NCBI RefSeq assembly: GCF_028285565.1
Contig: NZ_JANQOY010000035.1
Span: forward strand, 4,406-28,405
DNA: 24,000 bases
Direction of reading: 5' to 3'
Origin: Acaryochloris sp. IP29b_bin.148
GTDB lineage: Bacteria; Cyanobacteriota; Cyanobacteriia; Thermosynechococcales; Thermosynechococcaceae
Shown: piece after piece, positions 1 to 8,598 of the stretch
Layout: each line of letters opens with the position of its first letter
Position numbering within the stretch: position 1 is the first letter of the stretch
The notes under the pieces: generated by a model
Seen by the model: the letters and a program-made list of their open reading frames with translations, nothing else
The model's database searches: none
Told to the model about the DNA's origin: nothing
Translations under genes and position numbers: made by a program

Positions 1-250
1 TTGATTCCTAATCTATTTCATCAAGCTCTCTTATCAGCTTCTTCGGCAGCAATCGATCACAGGATAGTTGCTGTTTGGAGAGTAATAATGATTAATCAGG
101 AGTGCGATTAAGCCTAAGTAAAAAAACTCATTAATTATCCCCTTTACTGAATAAAGCCTTTTACTCTATTTCACTAGTATTTTGGGGAAATAATCCTCGG
201 ACTAAGATTTAGGTATTACATACTATAGAGTGAGGCAGGATCTATACTCT

Positions 251-595
251 CTAGCTCCAGTACGTTATTTTTTCGGAATTTTGGAACTTAGGAGCTGTGA
301 TCAAAAGTTCCACTCCATTTAGCGGTTGACCAAGTTCATAAATTGAATTTTTTGTCGTCACATAAACACGACCACTCTTTGAGAAATACCCTGTCACACC
401 TGAGGTAGAGATCTTCACACCTTGGAGATATTCTTTATGATTATGAATATGACCTTTGATAATTACTTTTTCTTTCTTTGGCAGTCCTATCCATGATTCA
501 ATGATTGGAACTCCATTAAAATTAGACCTTTCAACCTTTCTAGTGTCAGAAGAATTATCGAGAAAGAAGCCAGTAATATCATCAACAGTAACCAT
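251..595 (-). CDS. hypothetical protein (114 aa)
   Basis: Uninterrupted 114-codon ORF in an otherwise stop-rich, AT-rich stretch, with no competing ORF. I recognise no conserved motif. Composition looks like a small beta-rich soluble protein. Confidence 0.4.
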   Translation of the reverse strand: MVTVDDITGFFLDNSSDTRKVERSNFNGVPIIESWIGLPKKEKVIIKGHIHNHKEYLQGVKISTSGVTGYFSKSGRVYVTTKNSIYELGQPLNGVELLITAPKFQNSEKITYWS

Positions 596-860
596 GAGAG
601 ATCAATGAAGGAATAACAGAGGTAATAACTAGAGGATGTATTTTTATATAACTAAATTTTATGTTTTCTTTATAAGCAAAACTTCAGTGATTTTCCCTAT
701 ATTTCTACCTTTACAATTTACTGATAAGTTCGGGCTTATTTTTCTAAGTGCTTCTAAAATAACAAACACCTATCTAACTCAGACCATACTTTTCCTTGCC
801 TAGAGAGCCACAATTATTCACTTGTTGGTATTTTTTTGTTCAACCTATTTATGAAGAGGA

Positions 861-1520
861 TCATACGTCATTACTTCTAAGAGTCACTGTGTATTGCACA
901 AGCTCAGTCGTCCCGTTTGGTAAATCACCCAAAATGCATAACCTGACGGATCGCTCACTCGACGTCAAGGGAGATGGCGATACTTCAAATCCTAAGGTCC
1001 CTGAGCCAGAACATCCCGGAGAAGTATTTGACACTCGATCCACTAACGGATTCCCTTTAGCGTTAGAGACTGTTGATCGGTAAATCACCTGTGGTCCCTG
1101 CCAATTAGACCCGGCAGAAGTATCAAATGTGTAGTAAGCAACCGTTGAATCATCCGGTTTTGTGAGGTAGAGGATAGCATTATAGTTAGCAGGGACAATC
1201 CAACCTGATGGAGCAGTGGTGGACACCGCCTTTGCCTCTCTAATATCGTCAGCAATAAAGTCTACAGCGCGGTTCAATTGAATATGCTGATCCACCTCAG
1301 CCTCTGTTTGGCGATGGCTTTGCAAAATTGAAATTAGCCCAGACCCAGCAAAAGCAAGGAAGATGCTGGTAATCACCATTCCCACAAGCAGCTCAACTAA
1401 AGTAAACCCTCGACTACTGGATTTCTGTCGCATATTTGGGGCTTTATAAGTGCTAAGCCGACCTCTCATATTTTGAGAGAGATACAGGATCAGGGTAGTC
1501 CTGGAGCTGGAATTCATCAT
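861..1520 (-). CDS. prepilin-type N-terminal cleavage/methylation-domain protein; PilW/GspJ-slot minor pilin (module 1)
   Basis: N-terminus ...KSSSRG|FTLVELLVGMVITSIFLAFAGSGLISIL carries Gly-1, Phe+1 and Glu+5 plus a hydrophobic alpha1 helix. The block TEA-x7-L-xRA-xDFI-xxx-IR-xA has identical spacing in the 361-aa product of 4664..5749, so the two are paralogues. The slot assignment is inferred from size and position. ATGA stop/start overlap with the upstream gene at 1517-1520. Met18/Met30 (1469/1433) are alternative starts giving shorter leaders. Confidence 0.85.
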   Translation of the reverse strand: MMNSSSRTTLILYLSQNMRGRLSTYKAPNMRQKSSSRGFTLVELLVGMVITSIFLAFAGSGLISILQSHRQTEAEVDQHIQLNRAVDFIADDIREAKAVSTTAPSGWIVPANYNAILYLTKPDDSTVAYYTFDTSAGSNWQGPQVIYRSTVSNAKGNPLVDRVSNTSPGCSGSGTLGFEVSPSPLTSSERSVRLCILGDLPNGTTELVQYTVTLRSNDV

Positions 1521-2086
1521 GTCGAGGTTTTACAGTTGCTGGCCAATGCTGTTGTGGGGGAGCCTGTATATGTTCCAACGCGGATCAATCCTATTCCTGG
1601 TGCGATCACTAAACACTTTGAGGGAGTACTGATTTCATTCGCGATAGATAGGACGACTGTTTCTTCTGAGATTAATGAAGGAGGTACGCGTCCTTTGAAG
1701 TCAAAACTAAGTGAGGGCGTAGACAGTGAATGTCTAAGTTGGAGACTTTCTAAGGTTCGATTGCCATTCCGCAGACATTCTGTAGGCGAACTGCTCAATA
1801 CGGAACTACTTCCTGCCGGCAAATTAATGGTGCAAGTCTTGCTTAAACGGATGGCTTGGTTTTGCCCCTCAATTAGAGTCCCTTCCAGTTCCGCTAAGCC
1901 CACTTCAAGCTTTCGGTTATTTACCCAAGATAGAAAGCTGGGGGCTGCAATGGCACCTAATATGCCCATGATTACTAAGACAGTAACGATTTCAAGCTGG
2001 GTAAAACCCTGTTCACTATGGACAGGCAAAGAACGCATTCGGTATGACCTCAGAACTGACTTGAGCGACTTGTTTCTGGTTCTCAT
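1517..2086 (-). CDS. prepilin-type pseudopilin, GspH/FimT-like (module 1)
   Basis: ...PVHSEQG|FTQLEIVTVLVIMGILGAIAAPSF has the prepilin motif with Glu+5. The blocks QAIRLSKTCTINL and C-terminal KCLVIAPGIGLIRVGTYTG are shared with the 317-aa product of 5719..6672 (EAIRGNKVCTLTL, KRCIAISNTLGLTRIGTYQG). The likely true start is Met17 at 2038, which gives an 11-aa leader, a GAGG 12 nt upstream and a 23-nt overlap with the upstream gene. Confidence 0.8.
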   Translation of the reverse strand: MRTRNKSLKSVLRSYRMRSLPVHSEQGFTQLEIVTVLVIMGILGAIAAPSFLSWVNNRKLEVGLAELEGTLIEGQNQAIRLSKTCTINLPAGSSSVLSSSPTECLRNGNRTLESLQLRHSLSTPSLSFDFKGRVPPSLISEETVVLSIANEISTPSKCLVIAPGIGLIRVGTYTGSPTTALASNCKTST

Positions 2087-2768
2087 CTGTAACGTTGTAA
2101 GTGACTTCCAAGATTTGATAGGGATTGGCCTGTCGCACTGAGGTTATCCTTTCTAGAGTGAATGCTCGACCTAGAAAGGTTTTTTGGCCAGTTTTTGGTG
2201 AGACGGTATTATCTGTTTCAGATGCGACTGCTGGCAGTGCTTCATCCAGATAGGCTGCAAAGCCTCCTGTATCGCGATCAGAGTAACATCTAGCTAATAC
2301 AAGTGTTGTGGCGTCAGTGGTTTGAGTCGATGTGAGTGGATCTCGCAAACTGACTTCTAAATAGTCTGTGCTGGTGGCAGGGTCTGTTAAAGTTTGTAGG
2401 GCCGTTATTTCGTTGCTATTGGATTCAGTACCAATCACAATAGAATCGCCTAACCGGAAGCCAGCCAACTGCGTAACTTTGATGGTCGTATCCCCTGCCA
2501 GGGCATCAGCATAGAGCAGTGCTGAGGTGTGAGGGACTTGGTTAACGTCACTGGCAATAGCCTTGACATCTTCTAAATCCTGCTGAATCCAGGTATTGGC
2601 TTCAGTCAACTGCTTTGCCCGAACCTTGAAAGATGTTGAGAGGACCAAACCCTGCATCGCCGTGCCGATAAATATCGCCAAAACAAGCATGGAGACAGCA
2701 ACTTCGACTAAGGTAAATCCTTGCGATTGAGTTTTTTTGAGGGCTCTAAGGGTAAGGAGAGTCTTCAT
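2016..2768 (-). CDS. prepilin-type pseudopilin (PilV/GspI slot, tentative; module 1)
   Basis: MKTLLTLRALKKTQSQG|FTLVEVAVSMLVLAIFIGTAMQGLVL has a prepilin motif with Glu+5 and a hydrophobic helix. It is the third small pilin-like gene of the module. The slot is assigned by elimination only, and 250 aa is large for PilV/GspI. Confidence 0.75.
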   Translation of the reverse strand: MKTLLTLRALKKTQSQGFTLVEVAVSMLVLAIFIGTAMQGLVLSTSFKVRAKQLTEANTWIQQDLEDVKAIASDVNQVPHTSALLYADALAGDTTIKVTQLAGFRLGDSIVIGTESNSNEITALQTLTDPATSTDYLEVSLRDPLTSTQTTDATTLVLARCYSDRDTGGFAAYLDEALPAVASETDNTVSPKTGQKTFLGRAFTLERITSVRQANPYQILEVTYNVTDENQKQVAQVSSEVIPNAFFACP

Positions 2769-2820
2769 GATATTGAGGCAAATGCTGAGTGTTTGATGGA
2801 TGGACAGATGTGTTTGTTGT

Positions 2821-4170
2821 TTACGGGGTTGCTTCCAAGCGTGTCCAACTCGTTGCGGCAGAGGTTTTATGGGAGGCTGAGGTAACGGTCACACCAGAAC
2901 TAGTGAGAAGTTGTTGCATGGCATTGGGGACTGTGATTTCAGCGGTATTTGAACTGGAGCCATCCCACTCTCTGACCCAAATGGCGCCCTGTATATCAGG
3001 ATTGCTGCTGCCGCCATTAATGCCCATACGGGCATCTGGAGCATGAATAAAAACATTGGTGGTTGTGGCTCCACCATTCAATGTGAAGTCTTGATCGGAA
3101 AAACTATCACCGTCATCGGCATTGCCATATATTCGAAAGCGTTCTGGGCTACCTAAGCCACTCCCATAAGTGCCGCAATTATTGGCAGAGCCTGAACAGG
3201 TATGGGCCAACGTGGCTTGGCCGCTCATCGCGATATTACCTGTGACGTAAAAATAGACGGGGGCTGAGGTGGTATCAACGGTGACCTGATCGCTGCCGCT
3301 AAGGGTAATATCACTCACTTGGTAGTGATAAGCACCATCGGTACCTACTGAATCTCCAGTTTTGGGAAAGCTGGTAGCGCCACTAATTGAGACATTGATC
3401 GCACCTGAGGGAATGGCGGGAACAGGAGGCCAAGTCACATCTCGAACATAAATTTGCCCTTGCACAACACTATTGTTGAGAGCCTCAATGGCTGTGCGCA
3501 GCCCCGTATCTGTCGGTTGACCATTCACACATTCACTGACTGGCACTGCACAGTTAATCGTATCTGTGCACACGACATTCCCTGAGACTGCCCCCAAGAC
3601 ATCATTATTTCCCAAGGTAATATATTGGGCCATCAACCCTGGAAAGCTAGCTGGGGATGTGGATTGAGAAATATTCATTGTCTGCTGAATCCGCGATACT
3701 GCAGACGAATTAGGGGGATGACCTTTGACAATTAAGGTTCCAGTTTCATCACCGGAATTTGAGATTCCATCTGGATCACTGTAGCGATAGGCCTCGACTG
3801 TATAGGTGTTGGCAGGTGCGTTGTTTGGAATCTTGCCTGTGAGGATATTATTTACCCCTGTAAAACAGGGAGGAGGCTTTGGGAGAAAAGACCATTCATC
3901 AGGACTATCCGCCCCTAAGAGACTATTCGGGTCGTAATCCGATTTCAGCAGCATATGATAATTGTGATTCAGAAATCCGAGGGTGCGGGATATTCCACCT
4001 TCTGCAACAGTGGCACTGGCCGTTGTTTGCTTTTGAGAAACGGCTGAGACTTGATCATCCCTAGACTTAATACTTAGAGTTAGTGCGACCAACACCATGA
4101 TCAACCCAAAACCGATGGTAATTGGCAAAGCAAACCCTTCATCAGTGGCCTTTTTTCTGGATTTCAACAT
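2821..4170 (-). CDS. large PilX_N/GspK-style pilus-tip (cap) protein lacking Glu+5 (module 1)
   Basis: MLKSRKKATDEG|FALPITIGFGLIMVLVALTLSI has a class III-like signal with Ile at +5 instead of Glu. That is the hallmark of PilX/GspK-type caps. It shares landmark motifs in the same order with the 513/517-aa paralogues: AEGGI(S/A)R, Y.V.AYRY, GTL.V, FPG, (Y)QV..I.L.G...(V/L).VDTT..PV, and a C-terminal N.F...P......G..W block. Confidence 0.7.
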   Translation of the reverse strand: MLKSRKKATDEGFALPITIGFGLIMVLVALTLSIKSRDDQVSAVSQKQTTASATVAEGGISRTLGFLNHNYHMLLKSDYDPNSLLGADSPDEWSFLPKPPPCFTGVNNILTGKIPNNAPANTYTVEAYRYSDPDGISNSGDETGTLIVKGHPPNSSAVSRIQQTMNISQSTSPASFPGLMAQYITLGNNDVLGAVSGNVVCTDTINCAVPVSECVNGQPTDTGLRTAIEALNNSVVQGQIYVRDVTWPPVPAIPSGAINVSISGATSFPKTGDSVGTDGAYHYQVSDITLSGSDQVTVDTTSAPVYFYVTGNIAMSGQATLAHTCSGSANNCGTYGSGLGSPERFRIYGNADDGDSFSDQDFTLNGGATTTNVFIHAPDARMGINGGSSNPDIQGAIWVREWDGSSSNTAEITVPNAMQQLLTSSGVTVTSASHKTSAATSWTRLEATP

Positions 4171-4663
4171 ACTTTTATAAAAGTGAAATATCGGTCAAAA
4201 ATATCTATACGAATTCACCCATTCAATCTTGAATAGGGTTAAACCAGTCATCAATAAGCAAATTAGATGATAGATATGGTTTTATTCGATGCTAATAAAG
4301 CTTTAGACGTTGATAAGCCAAAAGGGAGAAAAAAGCGTTGAGTTAACCTTATGGCGATAGACTTCTTTTTCAAGAGAAATCAATAAGATTTTAAACAGCT
4401 ATATCCCTTCATTCTGGAATTGTTTTTTTATTTTGTATTCGAAGTGTTTGATTTAGGTATATTTTTAGTATAAGAAGTAAAATATTACTTATCCTCAGTA
4501 ATTACACGTAGATCAAAATGTAAATTTATATTAATTTAAGGTTAAAATACTGACTGTAATAGGCTAGATTCGTCAATCTAGCAATTGTAGAAATAATCTC
4601 CTCCGACCTTGATTTAGATTAAATGATTCTCAAGCTCTACACAGCCGACAACCATCCATATCA

Positions 4664-5749
4664 TTAGAGGGTTGAGTGAGACATCTGAGTAAAGCAGACC
4701 TTATTGCTTGCAGAGCTTGTGATTTGTCCCACCTTTGCAATGACGGTGTAGCAATGCTGATCTCCAGTGGAGCCTGTCATCTCAGTAGCGTTACTCATAC
4801 TTGAACCACTATAAATTTGGGATTTTTGGGCCGTTGTGATGACCTCCTTGTTCACTTCAAAGGTGACCCCATTCATGGAACCCGACCATTGCCAGCTCAA
4901 GTCAATCTGATTGGTACCAGGTTGTTGAGTCGCAGTTAGAACTGGAACTGGGGAGCTATTGACTGAACGGGAGGTGGCAGTACTGCTTAATCGATGAATT
5001 TCCACATCAGAAATTTTGCTCCGCATGGTTAAATCGACCTGGCTGCCCTTTACACAGGCTTGAAATCCTCCTTTCCCTACCAATACGCCCGGTGCAGGAC
5101 AAGTGGGCGTGGTATCGATTTGCTCTGCGATCGCATCCACCAAAGTATCGCTAGCAACGGGATTGCTGCAGGGGTCAATGCTGCCATCACTTTTGGGAAT
5201 GCGACCGTAGCGATGAATAGCATTGGGGGCTAACCAATCTTGACTGCTAGGACGAATATCATAAACCACCTGATCATAGGTTGTAGGTTGAGGGGGAGGA
5301 GAACCCGCGTTGGGGCCACCCATCGGGCAAACATTAGGAACTTGAGCGCTAATGGGGATCTCTAAGTAAAGAACAGGGTTATTCCAGTTAGAGGCATCTA
5401 ACCCCGCACTCGTCAGCATATTGGACATGGAAGCAGCATTCGTTGCCTGCATCACTTGAGATTGGTTGATGCGGGTCGCCATTCTAATTTCGTTGCTAAT
5501 GAAATCAAAGGCTCGACTTAAGTCATGACGTCTAGCTGCAATGGCTTCGGTCCGCTGATTAGTTCGAGTGGCTGCAATGACCCCAAATCCTGCAATACTG
5601 ACCACCAAACTAGTGATGCCAGCTGCAACCAATAACTCCACGAGGGTAAAGCCGTTGCGAACCTTAGAATCCGCTTTGGAGTGCCTATCATTCAAACCCG
5701 ATGTTCTCAATGGAGACTTCATTGCTCCTCCCAGTTCTCGGCAGTGCAA
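4664..5749 (-). CDS. prepilin-type minor pilin, PilW/GspJ-slot, with C-terminal FN3/Ig-like module (module 2)
   Basis: ...DSKVRNG|FTLVELLVAAGITSLVVSIAGFGVIAA has Glu+5. It is a paralogue of 861..1520. The probable start is Met10 at 5722, which forms an ATGA overlap with the stop of the upstream gene (5719-5722). The last ~90 aa (PVPVLTATQQPGTNQIDLSWQW...HCYTVIAKVGQITSSASNKVCF) have an FN3-like beta-sandwich pattern. Confidence 0.8.
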   Translation of the reverse strand: MHCRELGGAMKSPLRTSGLNDRHSKADSKVRNGFTLVELLVAAGITSLVVSIAGFGVIAATRTNQRTEAIAARRHDLSRAFDFISNEIRMATRINQSQVMQATNAASMSNMLTSAGLDASNWNNPVLYLEIPISAQVPNVCPMGGPNAGSPPPQPTTYDQVVYDIRPSSQDWLAPNAIHRYGRIPKSDGSIDPCSNPVASDTLVDAIAEQIDTTPTCPAPGVLVGKGGFQACVKGSQVDLTMRSKISDVEIHRLSSTATSRSVNSSPVPVLTATQQPGTNQIDLSWQWSGSMNGVTFEVNKEVITTAQKSQIYSGSSMSNATEMTGSTGDQHCYTVIAKVGQITSSASNKVCFTQMSHSTL

Positions 5750-6672
5750 CGACCTGAGTCGGTAATCGCCGTAGGTCTCATATCCCCTTGATAAGTACCA
5801 ATGCGGGTTAAACCGAGGGTATTGGAAATCGCAATACAGCGTTTCGTGCTTCTCGTGTCGTCAGGATTGTAAAAAACTATCTTGCCGCTCGGATCGGCGG
5901 GCACTTGTTGGGAACTGACAATTGCAAATTCAGGATTGCCTAAGACACCATACTGAATGGGAATACTGGTCGATATCTCTGCATTGGGTGGCAGCTCATC
6001 GCTCCCATCCTCTGAATCCTTATCTTTGCAGGTTCCTAAGCCTAATCCTTTCTCTGTGTTTCCTTTACATTTGGCGATCACTTGAACCACAATGCCTGCT
6101 TTAGGTGTGTTAGTGTCCGGTTCAGGTGCAGTCGCTAAGGCAATTTGGGAAACGGTCTCTCCATCGTTGACTCCCAAAGCGGGTTGAATATCCGAACCGA
6201 TCAGAACAGGTTGTTCTGTCGAAGGGGTAGGGGTGGCGCTAGAACTCGGGTCAGTGAGATTCGTCGCAATCGCAACGTCGGCATCCAACTTGCGATCGCC
6301 CGTTATTAGACAAGGCCCCGTGATCGTCCCTTCTACAAAATTAAGAGTTAGGGTACAGACTTTGTTGCCCCTAATCGCTTCGCGTTGTGTTTCATTTAAA
6401 GCGGTCCGCACTTCGGCCATGGTTTGTTTAACCTTGGCCCGATTCATGGTTGCCATAATGCTGGGAGCTGAGGCAGCAGCGGTAATGCCAATAATAGCCA
6501 CAATCACCATCTTCTCCGCCAGGGTAAACCCCGCTTCAGAGAGAGATTGTTTTGTTTTACCGAATGGATGGAACCAGAACATAGCAAGTCCAAGTAGGAA
6601 AATAATATAGAAGAAAAGCATGCCCCTTATGGAGATAAGAGGGGTAACAAATTGAGCGCAATTCTGCATCAC
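5719..6672 (-). CDS. prepilin-type pseudopilin, GspH/FimT-like, expanded (module 2)
   Basis: ...KQSLSEAG|FTLAEKMVIVAIIGITAAASAPS has Glu+5. It is a paralogue of 1517..2086 (see that entry) with a ~95-aa extra segment. The full ORF would place a hydrophobic stretch before the signal, so Met31 (start 6582, 18-aa leader) is a plausible true start. Confidence 0.75.
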   Translation of the reverse strand: MMQNCAQFVTPLISIRGMLFFYIIFLLGLAMFWFHPFGKTKQSLSEAGFTLAEKMVIVAIIGITAAASAPSIMATMNRAKVKQTMAEVRTALNETQREAIRGNKVCTLTLNFVEGTITGPCLITGDRKLDADVAIATNLTDPSSSATPTPSTEQPVLIGSDIQPALGVNDGETVSQIALATAPEPDTNTPKAGIVVQVIAKCKGNTEKGLGLGTCKDKDSEDGSDELPPNAEISTSIPIQYGVLGNPEFAIVSSQQVPADPSGKIVFYNPDDTRSTKRCIAISNTLGLTRIGTYQGDMRPTAITDSGRCTAENWEEQ

Positions 6673-6738
6673 CCCCGAGAATTGCTAAAGGTTGTATCGA
6701 GGAAACACAAGAGAGGGAGTAAGGTTAAGGCATCTTCG

Positions 6739-8280
6739 TCATAACCTCACCCGTTGCCATTGCAAAACACCCCCGAATCGGTAACGGGCAGGCCAGTCAA
6801 TATATTTCAATAGGCCAAGCAGGCTAGTGACGTCTTCGGGCACAGTAATGCCAGAAGTTACGCCTGATTTTGTGGTTTTATCGTAGTCACCATCGCCATA
6901 TCCCAAATATTTCACATCACGATGAGTGGCCTCATTCTTGGAGCTAAGGATGGCTTCCATCCATAGGACCCCTTCAACATTTGTGTTTTGTCTCCCTGGA
7001 CAGCCAGGTCCCGTGGTCAGCAACCTTAATTCATCATAGGGAAACCACAAAAAGGCATTTTGAATACACGTTTGGTCATAGAGGGTAACCCGATCATCTT
7101 TTCTCGCAATGATGCGGAGATCGCCGACGCGGGACGGTTGCCCATCCGTTCGTACATTCAGGATCTTGGCTGACTCGCGAAGGGTGATGCCATGTTCATG
7201 CCCACCTGTATTAGAAATGTCAATTTGGACAGGTCCGTTCGTCGTATCAACGGTCAATACTTCTTCCCCACTCAGATCGATTTGATCAACAGTAAAGTAG
7301 GTGGGTGTCTTGCCCCCCACACCTGTAATCGTCAGACTGTCATCGATTGTCCCGAGATCGGTGCCGACCTCTCCAACAGGGAGGTTGGGTCTAAGCGTAC
7401 AAGCAAAAATATTTCCTTGAACGGTATCTTCACTGACGCCATCCAGGGTTGAAGACCAAATGGCATTTAAATAACTGCCCCGATCAGCGTCTTCTGGCCC
7501 AGCACTGGCAGTCAGAGAGGGATCGACTGAGGAAGAAGGGTGATAATAAACATTCGCTTTACTCCCTTGCAGTTCACGTCCCCTTAAGGCCAATACCCCT
7601 GTCGCATAGGTTGAGTCAGGATTGCCTGTGGGTTCAATTAAGACCACCCCTGGAAAATCGGACAAATCAGGGGTTACTGAGATGCTAATAACGACCCCTG
7701 TTGTTTTCCCGTCCTGACTGGCTTCTACGAATAATGTCCCTTTTTGTTCCAAGGGATTAAACCGATAGGCTGTAATGGTGTAAGTGCCGGTTTCTCCAAT
7801 GGACCCGGTTGTTACAAGGTTGGGACTGCCCCATGCTTTTTGCTGGTGGCAGGATGTACTACTCGGGTCATAGCCGGTCCATTCATCAATCGCGTTGGCC
7901 TCTTCGTCCCCACTATTGAATCTGCCATCAGGTCCCAGATAAGTCTTGCCTGTTTTAGGGTTAATCGTATCGAAATTGCGATTCAGGAGGACGGCATTAT
8001 TGGGTGCGGTGAGTTGAGCGAGGGATCGAGCTATTCCCCCTTCAGCAGCGGCTAAACTTGCACCTGCTTCTTTGCGATTAAAGGCAGAGGTGCGATCGCT
8101 TTGGGCAACCAACATCGTCGACAGTCCTAAAACCATCATGACAAAGCCCAATCCCATTGCCAAGGGTAAGGCAAATCCCTGGCAGCGTGTCTCCATGCCT
8201 GGAGACCTCCGACCCTGTCTAAGCCACCATCGGTAAAGAGTTGTAGAGAATTTCTGTCTCAAAATACCTTTTTCTATCAT
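6739..8280 (-). CDS. large PilX_N/GspK-style cap-like protein lacking Glu+5, tandem paralogue B (module 2)
   Basis: ...METRCQG|FALPLAMGLGFVMMVLGLSTMLVA has Leu at +5. It aligns full-length with 8599..10152: 85/122 identical in one segment I aligned by hand, and the C-terminal blocks are near-identical. Confidence 0.75.
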   Translation of the reverse strand: MIEKGILRQKFSTTLYRWWLRQGRRSPGMETRCQGFALPLAMGLGFVMMVLGLSTMLVAQSDRTSAFNRKEAGASLAAAEGGIARSLAQLTAPNNAVLLNRNFDTINPKTGKTYLGPDGRFNSGDEEANAIDEWTGYDPSSTSCHQQKAWGSPNLVTTGSIGETGTYTITAYRFNPLEQKGTLFVEASQDGKTTGVVISISVTPDLSDFPGVVLIEPTGNPDSTYATGVLALRGRELQGSKANVYYHPSSSVDPSLTASAGPEDADRGSYLNAIWSSTLDGVSEDTVQGNIFACTLRPNLPVGEVGTDLGTIDDSLTITGVGGKTPTYFTVDQIDLSGEEVLTVDTTNGPVQIDISNTGGHEHGITLRESAKILNVRTDGQPSRVGDLRIIARKDDRVTLYDQTCIQNAFLWFPYDELRLLTTGPGCPGRQNTNVEGVLWMEAILSSKNEATHRDVKYLGYGDGDYDKTTKSGVTSGITVPEDVTSLLGLLKYIDWPARYRFGGVLQWQRVRL

Positions 8281-8598
8281 TCACCTATGGGACAGCCCCC
8301 CTGTATTAGGGGCAAAAGAACACTTCATCCATGGATAGCCGAGCAAAGGGTATAGAATAGTTCGCCTAATAGAAAGGCATGGCAACACATCAAATTGAGC
8401 CAAAGCCAATGGGGAACACTAGCAGGACTGTGTGACCCAACAACCCTCCTTTGAGTGTGGCCTTTACCCGCCCGGTTCGACGACAGAAAGAACACGGAAT
8501 TCTTTCCTGGCAAGCTATGTAAATATCGATTTGGATCCGTAATTCTAGGGACAAGGCCCGTATCTATACGATCGCCATACTAGGCACTGATACCCCGA

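Noticed and set aside
1473-2141. 222-aa plus-strand ORF spanning two pilin genes
   Set aside because: It is antisense to two minus-strand genes with unambiguous prepilin motifs and has no motif of its own. It looks like a typical shadow ORF. The same reasoning applies to 796-1083, 2789-3046, 2889-3077, 3879-4064, 5568-5765, 5922-6104, 6233-6610, 7192-7452, 7449-7688, 7744-8055, 9276-9542, 9549-9788, 9945-10148 and 10058-10264.
4475-4582. Near-palindrome AAGTAAAATATTACTT (4475-4490) and 8-bp hairpin GCTAGATT-cgtc-AATCTAGC (4563-4582) in the gap between the pilin modules, considered as an operator and a terminator
   Set aside because: The first has a mismatch and lies in very AT-rich DNA, where such dyads are common. 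The hairpin has no adjacent U-tract on the minus (transcribed) strand. Noted but not called.
8466-8482. GGTTCGA motif resembling a tRNA T-loop
   Set aside because: The flanking bases cannot form a T-stem, and no acceptor, D or anticodon arms can be drawn. It is not a tRNA.
8325-8513. 62-aa minus-strand ORF in the spacer between the two cap paralogues, considered as the missing small pseudopilin of module 2
   Set aside because: It has no G|FxxxE signal or hydrophobic alpha1 helix. The sequence is Cys/His/Trp-rich and low-plausibility. I saw no ribosome-binding site.
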